Assembly: GCA_963758635.1 (NCBI GenBank)
Contig: CAVWWD010000008.1
Coordinates: forward strand, 320,001-384,000
DNA: 64,000 nt
From: an uncultured Candidatus Rokubacteria bacterium
GTDB lineage: Bacteria > Methylomirabilota > Methylomirabilia > Rokubacteriales > CSP1-6
Direction of reading: 5' to 3'
Both the position numbers and the translations under genes were made by a program. Below the pieces are notes generated by a model. That model did not search any database, was not told where the DNA came from, and saw nothing but the letters and a program-made list of their open reading frames with translations. Below, piece by piece: positions 55,403-64,000 of the stretch (position 1 is its first letter; each line of letters begins with the position of its first letter).

Positions 55403-56891
55403 CTATGGTGAATGCCAGCTGCGGCCGTCGCGCTCGAGGAGCGTGTCGGCCTCGGGCGGTCCCCACGTCCCGGCCTCGTGGTTCGGGAGCTTGGCTCGGG
55501 TCGCCGGCGCTCCAGGCCTGGAGCACCGGCTCGAGCAGCTCCCACGCCATCTCCACCCAGTCGCCCCGCGCGTAGAGCGTGGCGTCGCCCTTCATGGCGT
55601 CGAGCAGCAGGCGCTCGTACGCTTCCGGCGTCTCGCCGCCGAACGTCTTCAGGTACTCGAAGTCCATCTCGACGGGACGGATCGTGAGCTCGGGGCCGGG
55701 CACCTTGCCGTTGAACGAGAGCGAGATGCCCTCGTCGGGCTGGATGTGCAGCACGAGCCGGTCGGGCTGGACGGGCGCCTCGCCCCGGCGGAAGACGAGG
55801 TGCGGGGTCGGGCGGAACTGCACCGCGATCTCGCTCGCGCGGCGGGGCAGCCGCTTGCCGGTGCGCAGGTAGAAGGGGACGCCGGCCCAGCGCCAGTTGT
55901 CCACCCGGAGCCTGAGCGCCGCGTAGGTCTCGGTGAGCGAGGCGGGGCGCACACCGGCCTCCTCGCGGTAGCCGCGGACGCGGCGCCCATCGACGAAGCC
56001 GGAACCGTACTGGCCGCGGACGGCGACCTGGTCCACCTCGTCGGGGCCGATGGGCCGGATCGCGCGCATCACCTTGGTCTTCTCGTCGCGGACGGGGGCG
56101 GCATCGAAGGTGGCGGGCGGCTCCATGGCGACCAGGCACAGGAGCTGGAGGATGTGGTTCTGGATCATGTCGCGCAGCGCCCCGGCCTCCTCGTAGTACG
56201 AGCCCCGCGACTCGACGCCGATGGTCTCGCCCACCGTGATCTGCACGTGATCGACGAGGTTCCGGTTCCAGAGCGGCTCGAAGATCGCGTTGGCGAAGCG
56301 GAGGACGAGGATGTTCTGGACGGTCTCCTTCCCGAGGTAGTGGTCGATCCGGTAGACCTGGTCCTCGGAGAAGACGCCGGCCACCGTCTGGTTCAGCGCC
56401 TGCGCGGAGCGCAGGTCACGCCCGAACGGCTTCTCGATCACGATACGCGTCCAGCTGCCCTCGACCGGCCGGTTCAGTCCCGCCTCGCCGAGCCGCGTGA
56501 CCACGGTGGGGTAGACCGACGGCGGGGTGGAGAGGTAGAAGAGCCGGCTGCCGCCGGTGTTCCGCTCACGCTCCACCCGCTGGAGGTGCTCGGCGAGCCC
56601 CTGGTAGAGGGCGGGGTCGGCGGGATCGCCCGTGTAATAGAAGAGGCCCGACGCGAAGCGGTCCCACACGCGCTGCGACGGCGGCTGCACGCGGGCGAAG
56701 TCGGCGATGGCCTGCCGCATGCGGGTGCGGAACTCCTCGTCGGTCATCGGCGAGCGTGCCACGCCGATGACGGCGAACGGCTCGGGCAGGACGCGTCCCT
56801 GGAAGAGCGACCAGAGCGCGGGCACCAGCTTGCGCTTGGTGAGGTCCCCGGATGCTCCGAAGATCACGACGGTGCAGGATTCCTCGGCCAC
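55403..56891 (-). CDS. zwf: Glucose-6-phosphate 1-dehydrogenase; indel near 55495
   Basis: [38 protein letters not shown]. Confidence 0.95.
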
Positions 56892-56921
56892 GGTTGGAGC
56901 GCCTCCTCCCTGTCGGTCCGC

Positions 56922-57656
56922 TCATTCCTCGGGATGCTTCTCGGTGAACTGCCTGATCAGCTCGGCGGCCCGAGCGGCCAGGGAGTTGCCGGGTTGCTGC
57001 CGCGGCGGGTCGGGATCGGCGGACGGCCGTCGCGGAGGCGTGGGTGCGGTCGCGACCGGGGCGGGGGGAGGCGGCGAGGGGGCGGCCCGCGCCGGGCTCG
57101 CGGCGGCCCGCGCAAGCTCCGGGGCCACGCCCGGCGTGGGCGGCCTCGGCGGAGGTGACGCCGCAGGCGCGGCGGGACGCGCCGCTGCCGGGCGCGCGGC
57201 GGCGGGCGCCTCCGACCCAGCCTCGAGCTGGGCGATCTTGGCCACCCGTCGGGCGTGGCGCTCCTCCGCGGAGAAGCGCGCCCCGAGCCACGCGCGGGCC
57301 ACCTCGATGGCCGTGCCCTCGTCGAGCACGCGCGCGCCCAGGCAGAGCACGTTGGCGTCGTCGTCCTCGCGGCTCTGGCGGGCCGTGAAGAGGTCGTGGC
57401 ACAGGGCGGCGCGGATGCCGCGGAGCTTGTTGGCGGCGATGGACGCGCCCACGCCGCTGCCGCACACGAGGATCCCAACGTCGACGAAGCCGCGGAGCAC
57501 CGCCTGGCCGACGGACTTCGCGAAATCGGGATAGTCGACGGGATCGGTCGAGAACGTGCCGAGGTCGAGGACATCGTGCACGTCCGCCTCGAGCGCCGTC
57601 GTGAGCGGCGCCTTGAGGGCGAACCCCGCGTGATCACAGCCGATGGCAATCCGCAT
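56922..57656 (-). CDS. rpiB: Ribose-5-phosphate isomerase B with a Pro/Ala-rich C-terminal tail
   Basis: GCDHAG, DYPD, CGSGVG, ANK..GIRA, RHARRV. Confidence 0.9.
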   Translation of the reverse strand: MRIAIGCDHAGFALKAPLTTALEADVHDVLDLGTFSTDPVDYPDFAKSVGQAVLRGFVDVGILVCGSGVGASIAANKLRGIRAALCHDLFTARQSREDDDANVLCLGARVLDEGTAIEVARAWLGARFSAEERHARRVAKIAQLEAGSEAPAAARPAAARPAAPAASPPPRPPTPGVAPELARAAASPARAAPSPPPPAPVATAPTPPRRPSADPDPPRQQPGNSLAARAAELIRQFTEKHPEE

Positions 57657-57674
57657 GGCGGGTCTCGAGCGCGC

Positions 57675-59135
57675 CTATTCTCTCAGGACTTCCCTCGGGG
57701 TCACAACGGTCTCGTACAGGCGTACCTGACGCTCGAGCGCCCTCCGGTAGATCTCGTGACGCCTCGCGTCCGGCGTCACGAGCGTGCCGTCGAGCGGGCC
57801 GGGGGGGATGGCGTGCCCGAGCGTGGCCAGGGCGAGGATCGCCGCCCCCCGGCTCGAGGCCTCGGCCTCGCTGGACAGCGTCAAGGGGACGCCGAGCGCG
57901 TCGGCCACGATGCCCGTCCAGACCGGCGAGCGGAGCAGCGCGCCCCCGGAGGCGACGACGGCGTGCCCGGGGTCGGCCACGGGCGCCAGGCGCGAGTGGA
58001 TCAGGGCCAGCCGGTAGGCCACCGCCTCCATCAACGCCCGGAGGATCTCCACCGGCGAGGTCCCGAGGTGCAGGCCGGTGAGAGCGGCCCGTGCCTCGTC
58101 GCGCCAGCCCGGGCTGCGCTCGCCCGCGATGAAGGGCAGGGCGACCAGGCCGTGACCGGCCGGCGGGAGGTCGGCGAGCGCGCGGTCGACCGCGTCGTCG
58201 TCGTCGCCGAGGGCGAGGACACGCCGGCACCAGGCCACGACGTTGCCACCCTCCGAGGTGGCGCCGCCGACGATCGAGCGCGCGTGGTCCACGCGGTAGC
58301 GCCAGAGGCCGGGCGGGGGCACGACGGCGGCCTCGGTGACGAGGCGCAGCGCGGCCGACGTGCCCACGTTCAGGCCGATGCGCGTCGAGTCGGCGCACCC
58401 GGAGCCGATGCTCGAGCAGGCGCCGTCGCCCCACGCCGGCAGCCACCGCGCGTGCGCGAGCCCGGGCCAGCGCCTGGCCCACCGGGGCGCGAGCGGCGTC
58501 GCCGCGCCATCGTCGATCGGGGGCAGGCGATCCGCCGGGACCTCGACGACCTCGAGCATCCCCGGATCCCACCGGCGCGCGTCCTGATCCAGGAGACCCG
58601 TGCCCGAGGCCATCGAGAGACTCGTCCGCCACTGCCCGGTGAGGCGCTCGAGAAGGTACTCGGCGAATCCGGACCATCGGCGGGCGCGCGCGAAGACGTC
58701 CGGGTGCGCCTCGCGGAGCCAGCGGAGCTTGGCGGGGAAGAAGGCGGCGTGGAGCGGCGCGCCGGTGCGCCGGCGCACCGCTTCCTCGTCGAGGGTCGCG
58801 CGGAGGGCGGCGGCGGCGGCCGCGCTGCGCGTGTCGGCCCACGTGATCACCGGAGTGAGGGGGCGCCCGTCGTCATCGAGCGCGAGCAGGCCGTGCCAGA
58901 ACGCCGAGATCCCCACCGCGTCCACCGCCGGCCCGCCGCCGGCCTCGGCGAGGCACTCGTCGATCGCGGTGGCGACGGCGTCGATGAGCACGTCGGGATC
59001 GAGCTCGATGGCGCCGTCGGCGCTGGCGTTCGCCGCGTACTCGACGCGGCCGTCGGGACCGGCGGGACGGCCGTCCTTGTCGAAGGCGATGGCCCGGGTC
59101 GAGCTGGTGCCGACGTCGATCGCGAGGACGCGCAT
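57675..59135 (-). CDS. Gluconokinase (FGGY carbohydrate kinase)
   Basis: IDVGTSS, ITWADTR, GDGACS, NVGTS, GERSPGW. Confidence 0.85.
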   Translation of the reverse strand: MRVLAIDVGTSSTRAIAFDKDGRPAGPDGRVEYAANASADGAIELDPDVLIDAVATAIDECLAEAGGGPAVDAVGISAFWHGLLALDDDGRPLTPVITWADTRSAAAAAALRATLDEEAVRRRTGAPLHAAFFPAKLRWLREAHPDVFARARRWSGFAEYLLERLTGQWRTSLSMASGTGLLDQDARRWDPGMLEVVEVPADRLPPIDDGAATPLAPRWARRWPGLAHARWLPAWGDGACSSIGSGCADSTRIGLNVGTSAALRLVTEAAVVPPPGLWRYRVDHARSIVGGATSEGGNVVAWCRRVLALGDDDDAVDRALADLPPAGHGLVALPFIAGERSPGWRDEARAALTGLHLGTSPVEILRALMEAVAYRLALIHSRLAPVADPGHAVVASGGALLRSPVWTGIVADALGVPLTLSSEAEASSRGAAILALATLGHAIPPGPLDGTLVTPDARRHEIYRRALERQVRLYETVVTPREVLRE

Positions 59136-59206
59136 CGCCCCATATGAACCGGAGGCCGGCCGGCAGTCAATCTTCCCGCGCCGCCGCCGCGTGATAGCCT
59201 GACCTC

Positions 59207-59839
59207 GTGCCGCCCCACCCCGCGCTGCTCGTCGCGTTTCTGCTCCTGGCCTCGGGCGCGTACGTCTCCGCGTCGCCGCCGGCGGTCGAGCTGTCGGCGG
59301 ACGACCAGCAGCGACTCGCCGCGGGCGAGGTGATCGTGCTCGACGCGCGCCCGCCCGGGGCCAGCGACGGCGCGGACGGGGGTACGGCGATGGGACGGGT
59401 GGCCGCCTCGCCCGAGGCGGTGTGGCGCATCATCGTCGACTACCGGAACCACACGACGATCTACCCGCGCGTGGTCAGCGCGGAGGTGGTGCGCGCGGAC
59501 GAACGGCAGGTCCGCGTGCGCTACGGGCTCTCCCTCGGCTTCATGTCGGTCGATCTCGTCATGGACAAGTATCCGGACGCGACGCGCCGGCGCACCGAGT
59601 GGCGGCTGGCCGAGGACCCGCCCAGCCGGTTCTTCCTCGAGAACTCCGGCTACTGGCAGGTCGACGCGGCGCCGGGCGGGAGTCTCGTGACCTACGCGGT
59701 GGCCACGCGCACGATGCTGCCCGCGTTCATGACCCGCGGCTCGCAGCGTGAGAACCTGGTCGCCACCGTCGAGGCCCTCCGCCGCCGCGCGGTTGAGCCA
59801 GCGGAGAACGCCCGCGAGCCGGCGAGGCCGAGGCGATAG
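59207..59839 (+). CDS. SRPBCC/polyketide cyclase-like exported protein
   Basis: ASPEAVWRIIVDY..H..IYP; NSGYWQV. Confidence 0.75.
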   Translation: MPPHPALLVAFLLLASGAYVSASPPAVELSADDQQRLAAGEVIVLDARPPGASDGADGGTAMGRVAASPEAVWRIIVDYRNHTTIYPRVVSAEVVRADERQVRVRYGLSLGFMSVDLVMDKYPDATRRRTEWRLAEDPPSRFFLENSGYWQVDAAPGGSLVTYAVATRTMLPAFMTRGSQRENLVATVEALRRRAVEPAENAREPARPRR

Positions 59840-59948
59840 CTCCGGAGTCTCCGTTTGCGATTGTCGTGTAGGTATCGGTGGATATAGTGCATGCATGCGA
59901 AAGCAGGCGAAGCGATCGGTGGGACGTTGGCGCGGGAGGCCGAGGGCG

Positions 59949-60206
59949 ATGGGCGCGACCGTGCAGTACACGGTGCGCAGCGTGCCCATGCACGTGGACC
60001 GGGCACTGAGACGCAAGGCGATCGATGAGCGAAAGAGCCTCAACGAGGTCCTGCGGGATGCCCTGGTGCGCGAGGCCGAAGGGCCGGACCTGCCCGGACG
60101 CGTGTATACCGACCCGGACGTGCTGGCCGGTTCCTGGGTGGAGGTCCCGGGCTTCGAGGAGGCCCTCGCCGACCAGGATCAGGTGGACGAGTCGCTCTGG
60201 CGATGA
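59949..60206 (+). CDS. Ribbon-helix-helix antitoxin (VapB-like)
   Basis: QYTVRSVP.HVDRALRRKA..E.KSLNEV; overlaps the PIN gene by ATGA. Confidence 0.75.
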   Translation: MGATVQYTVRSVPMHVDRALRRKAIDERKSLNEVLRDALVREAEGPDLPGRVYTDPDVLAGSWVEVPGFEEALADQDQVDESLWR

Positions 60207-60421
60207 GAATCGCGATCGACACGAACCGCTTCGTCGACTTCGCGAAGGGTCTTCCCGAGGCGGTGGAGCGATTCCGGCGGGCTGATCATCAGCTCCGACG
60301 GCAGGGCACACCGATCCCCACGAACGACCTCTGGATCGCCGCACTCGTCGTGCAGCATCAGCTCCATCTCTTCGCGCGCGACGCGCACTTCGACCGCCTG
60401 CCGCAAATCCCGCGCCTCTGA
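60203..60421 (+). pseudogene. vapC: VapC/PIN toxin with an internal in-frame deletion
   Basis: IAIDTN and GTPIPTNDLWIAA...RDAHF are present, but the protein is only 72 aa. Confidence 0.75.
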
Positions 60422-60558
60422 CCGGACTCGCACCTGTTCGGCGCGGGGGGGCGCCAGGAGTCGAGAAGGGTGCTGACGCGGGGGGCGGCCGGGCTCGGCG
60501 TCTGTCCCTGGTACACTGTGGACCGCGGCCACGTCACCCTCCGGAGGCGTCGAAAACG

Positions 60559-60780
60559 ATGGCGGAACCCGAGTGGGAGCTTCTCACCGTGCGCGGTCTG
60601 GCCATGACCGACGAGAGCGCCTCCGAGTTCGTGGGAACGTTCGTCATCCACCGCCGCGGGAGCGCCGAGCCGGTGGAAAACGTCACCGTGCGTGTCAAAC
60701 GCAGCGTCCTCGAAGAGGTCTCCACCACCCTCCAGCGTCTCCTCGCGCGCTCCACTCGTTACTCCACCGGATCCCGATAA
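60559..60780 (+). CDS. Small hypothetical protein
   Basis: GGAGG upstream; host-like codon usage. Confidence 0.6.
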   Translation: MAEPEWELLTVRGLAMTDESASEFVGTFVIHRRGSAEPVENVTVRVKRSVLEEVSTTLQRLLARSTRYSTGSR

Positions 60781-60792
60781 CAGGGAGAGCCA

Positions 60793-61326
60793 ATGGCCAC
60801 CGTCACCGTGCTGAGTCCCGTGGGCGAGCTCCGCGCCGCCAGCCTGGTCGTCCCCGCGCTGCCGGGCGACCTCCGCGGCCTCACCGTGGGCTTCCTCGAC
60901 AACACCAAGAGCAACTTCGACCGCCTCGTCACCGAGATGGGCGCGATGCTCGTGGAACAGTGGGGCGTCAAGCGCGTCGTGCACCGGAAGAAGGCGAACG
61001 CCGCCACGCCCGCCGCGCGCGAGATCGTCGAGGGCCTCGCCAAGGACTGCGACCTCGTCTTCGCCGGATCCGCGGACTGAGGATCCTGCACGTCGTGGAG
61101 TCTCCACGACACGCTGGAGCTGGCGCGAGGCGGGACCCCCGCCGGGCTCATCGCCACCTCGGTGTTCCAGAAGCTGGCGCTGGCCGAGATGGGAGCGCTG
61201 GGGGTGACCGGGCTCCCGCTCCTCGTCATCGACCATCCGCTGGGCGGCGAGAAGCCCGAGAGCGTGAGCCGGCGAGCGCGGCAGGCGATCGAGCAGCTCG
61301 CCGGCCTGCTCCCGCGACGTTCCTGA
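60793..61326 (+). CDS. UGSC-family selenoprotein; in-frame TGA at 61078-61080
   Basis: VGFLDNTKSN...GSAD-U-GSCTSWSLHD...HPLGG; the frame stays open for 81 codons past the TGA. Confidence 0.9.
61092..61110 (+). promoter_or_regulatory. Putative bacterial SECIS element
   Basis: GTCGTGGA-GTC-TCCACGAC 8-bp stem; G-first loop 19 nt after the UGA. Confidence 0.7.
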
Positions 61327-61333
61327 GGGCGCG

Positions 61334-62395
61334 ATGACGTTGTCCGAGCCCGTCGTCCGGCAGCTCGAGCTGGACGAGGACGAGGTCTACGCGGAGTTCG
61401 TCCGCCGGCAGTGGTGCGACGGGCTCCCCATCGTGGCGCCCACCCCCGCGCGCGTCGCGGCCATGCTCGCGGGCGCCGATCCCGCCGAGTCGCTCGGGGT
61501 CATGCCTCCGCTCTGGCGTGACTGCACGCTGGAGAAGCTCGCGGTCAACGCCGTCATGGCCGGTGCGGAGCCGCGCGCCTTCCCGATCATCGTGGCCGCG
61601 GCGGAGGCGGTGCTGGATCCCGCGTTCAACCTCTACGGCGTCCAGGCCACGACCCATCCGGTGGCGCCGCTCGTGATCGTCAACGGGCCGTACGGGCGCG
61701 CGGTGGGCATGCACGGAGGCGCCGGCCTCTTCGGCCCCGGCTTCCGCGCCAACGCCACCATCGGCCGCGCGCTCAGGCTGGCCCTCCTGAACATCGGCGG
61801 TGGCTGGCCGGGGCGCCACGACATGGCGACCCAGGGGAGCCCGGCCAAGTTCTCCTTCGCCGTGGCCGAGGCCGAGGACCTGTCCCCGTGGACGCCGCTG
61901 TCCGAGTCGCTCGGCTTCGCGCCGGGCCAGGACGTCGTCACCGTGTACGGCGGCGAGGCGCCCCACAACGTCAACGACCACGTGTCGACGACCGCCGCCG
62001 GCGTGCTCAACAACGTGGCCGACGTGGCGACCACGCTCGGCTCCAACGTCGGCTGGTACTTCTCCCAGAGCCAGCTCCTCGTGGCGCTGGGCCCCGAGCA
62101 CGCCGCCACCGTCGCCGCCGACGGCTTCTCGCGCGCCGACGTGCAGCGCTTCGTCTTCGAGCACGCGCGCCTGCCGCTCGGCCGCCTCAAGCTCGGCGGC
62201 ATGTGGGGCATCCACGACTGGCCGCTCTGGATGCAGAAGGTCACGGACGAGAGCGCGCTCCTGCCGCAGGTGCCGGCGGCGGAGGATGTCCTCGTCATGG
62301 TCGGCGGCGGGCCGGGCAAGCACTCGTCGGTGGTGCCGAACTGCTGCTTCAGCCGGGCGGTCAGCCGGCCGATCGGCCGGCGCCCCGCGCCCTGA
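61334..62395 (+). CDS. Conserved hypothetical protein, probable partner of the UGSC protein
   Basis: WCDGLPIVAPT..RV.AML, EKLAVNAVMAG, IVNGP, RANATIGRALRL, VGGGPG. Confidence 0.8.
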   Translation: MTLSEPVVRQLELDEDEVYAEFVRRQWCDGLPIVAPTPARVAAMLAGADPAESLGVMPPLWRDCTLEKLAVNAVMAGAEPRAFPIIVAAAEAVLDPAFNLYGVQATTHPVAPLVIVNGPYGRAVGMHGGAGLFGPGFRANATIGRALRLALLNIGGGWPGRHDMATQGSPAKFSFAVAEAEDLSPWTPLSESLGFAPGQDVVTVYGGEAPHNVNDHVSTTAAGVLNNVADVATTLGSNVGWYFSQSQLLVALGPEHAATVAADGFSRADVQRFVFEHARLPLGRLKLGGMWGIHDWPLWMQKVTDESALLPQVPAAEDVLVMVGGGPGKHSSVVPNCCFSRAVSRPIGRRPAP

Positions 62396-62401
62396 CCGAA
62401 T

Positions 62402-62479
62402 GACCCTCGCAGAATGCGGTAACCGCGACGGGCCTCTACAGTCCCACCGCTCGGCATTGGTCTGATGCGCGGGGCTCAC
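62402..62479 (-). repeat. 78-bp dispersed repeat, copy 2
   Basis: Reverse complement of 5847-5924. Confidence 0.9.
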
Positions 62480-62482
62480 TAG

Positions 62483-64000
62483 GTGACGGCCCGGCGCGAG
62501 AAGGCGCTCTGCTGGGGGCTGCTCGCCCTCGCGCTCCTGGTCGGGCTGGACGCCGCGCGCGTGCAGTGGGACCGGGTCGGCCGCACTGCCCCGGGGTTCG
62601 CGGTGATGGACCGGCTCCTCGTCGCGGTCGGGGGCCTCGAGCGCGGCGGCCTCGAGCCGTTCGACCTCGTGCGCGCGGTGAACGGCCGGCTCCTGCGCGA
62701 TGGCGCGGAGATCCAGGCCGAGGTCCAGCGCCACCCGCCGGGGACGACCTTCCACTACCTCGTGAGCCGGCGCGGCCGGCTCGTCGAGACCGAGATCCGC
62801 AGCCGGGTCGTCACGGTCAACGACGACTTCCGCCGCTTCGCCCTGGAGGGCCTCGTCCCCGCCGGGCTCTACCTCGCGCTGGGCGCGGTGGTGCTGGCGC
62901 TGAAGCCGGGCGTGCCTGCGACGCGCCTGTTCCTGGCCTTCTGCCTGGCCCAGTTCGCGATTCCCGCGCTCTACGCCGACGCGTTCACGACGTATCGATA
63001 CGTCTGGATCTTCCTCACCGCCTTCTCCTTCCTTCCCGCGCTCCTGCTCCATCTGGCCCTGACGTTTCCCCAGCGCCGGAGCATCGTCCGCCGCCGCCCG
63101 TGGATCGTGTGGGCGCCGTACCTGATCTCCGGCGTGTCCGCCGTCTCGTTCCTGACCCAGCTGCCGTGGCTCCCCGCCGCGTGGGCCTTCGTGGAGCCGG
63201 CGATCGTGGCCGCGACCTGGACGCTCTCGCTGCTGCTCCTCGTCCTCGCCCTGGTGAAGACGAGCGTGCACGGGACGACGGCGCTGATCCGGCAGCGGGC
63301 CCGCGTGCTCGCCGCCGGGTTCGCGGTGGGCCAGCTCGCCCCCGTCGTGGGCACGACCGTCGAGGCGGTGGCGGGCGTGAGCGTGCCGTACCTCAACGAG
63401 ATGTGGCGCCTCAACTTCCTGTTCCCGCTCGCCGTGGCCTACGCGATGGTGCGCTACAACCTGTTCGACCTCCGCGCGGTGATCCGCGTGGGCACTATCT
63501 ACGCGGCCGTCACGGGCATGGTCGTGCTCGTGTACGCCGGCGCCATCGCGTTGACGAACCTCGCCTTCGCCAGCATCGGGCTGGGCATGTCCCATCTCTT
63601 CTCCGCGGTCATCGTGGCGCTCGCGGTGGTGCTGTTCCTCAACCCGGTGTACGCGCGCACCCAGCGGCTCGTCGACCGGCTCTTCTTCCGCCAGCGGCTG
63701 GACATCCAGGCCGCGGTGGAGGCGCTGTCCGACCAGATGACGACGCTGCTCGACCTGCCGCGCATCGTGCGCCTCATCACCGACACCGTGGAGGATCTGT
63801 TCCACCCGTCACGGACCACGCTGCTGCTGATCCACGAGGAGGGGGACGCCGCGTACCGTCCCGCGGCGGGCGACGGCTCGGGGTTGGAGCTGCCCACCGA
63901 CTCCGCGCTCGTCCGGCTCCTCTCCTCCCGGCCGGCGCCGGTGAGCGGTGACCGGCTGGACGAGGACCCCGACCTCGCGGAGTTCCGGCCGGCGGCCCGG
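62483..64000 (+). CDS. PDZ plus multi-TM membrane sensor with start of a GAF domain (kinase or cyclase); partial
   Basis: DLVRAVNGR PDZ-like segment; AYAMVRYNLFD; NPVYARTQRLVDRLFFR; runs off the window end. Confidence 0.75.
   Translation, partial: MTARREKALCWGLLALALLVGLDAARVQWDRVGRTAPGFAVMDRLLVAVGGLERGGLEPFDLVRAVNGRLLRDGAEIQAEVQRHPPGTTFHYLVSRRGRLVETEIRSRVVTVNDDFRRFALEGLVPAGLYLALGAVVLALKPGVPATRLFLAFCLAQFAIPALYADAFTTYRYVWIFLTAFSFLPALLLHLALTFPQRRSIVRRRPWIVWAPYLISGVSAVSFLTQLPWLPAAWAFVEPAIVAATWTLSLLLLVLALVKTSVHGTTALIRQRARVLAAGFAVGQLAPVVGTTVEAVAGVSVPYLNEMWRLNFLFPLAVAYAMVRYNLFDLRAVIRVGTIYAAVTGMVVLVYAGAIALTNLAFASIGLGMSHLFSAVIVALAVVLFLNPVYARTQRLVDRLFFRQRLDIQAAVEALSDQMTTLLDLPRIVRLITDTVEDLFHPSRTTLLLIHEEGDAAYRPAAGDGSGLELPTDSALVRLLSSRPAPVSGDRLDEDPDLAEFRPAAR

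Noticed and set aside
2880..55500. Programmed frameshifting or mass pseudogenisation
   Set aside because: Single-base indels hit many unrelated conserved genes (zwf, pbpC, ACP, MscS), often in GC runs; long-read error is the simpler explanation
61324..61326. Second Sec readthrough fusing the UGSC protein to the next gene
   Set aside because: The next ORF is in a different frame and has its own ATG

Overview
Very GC-rich bacterial window with about 55 genes. Gene content suggests Candidatus Rokubacteria/Methylomirabilota; this is an inference, not a database result. Many conserved genes carry single-base indels, which points to an unpolished long-read assembly. Housekeeping genes include fbp, fbaB, zwf, rpiB, a gluconokinase, purC, serA, ettA, rnd, hpnJ and an alpha-2-macroglobulin/pbpC pair. 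The notable items are: (1) a ~10 kb type II PKS/FAS-like cluster with two KS + catalytically dead CLF-like pairs, an ACP, an LpxL-type acyltransferase, a GT2, a WxWxIP flavin halogenase-like enzyme and a MacB-like ABC exporter; (2) two selenoprotein genes that the ORF track truncates (ArsC-like UxxC and UGSC family), each with a SECIS-like hairpin; (3) a dispersed repeat family built from GNA-triloop mini-hairpins, which forms a 53-bp tandem array and also sits in-frame inside a glycosyltransferase gene; (4) two near-identical 148-bp palindromic elements in inverted orientation around a small membrane-protein gene; (5) a 78-bp repeat present twice, 56 kb apart; (6) a kinase / FHA-PrsW / PP2C signalling operon with a truncated kinase; (7) a recurring leaderless-promoter architecture.
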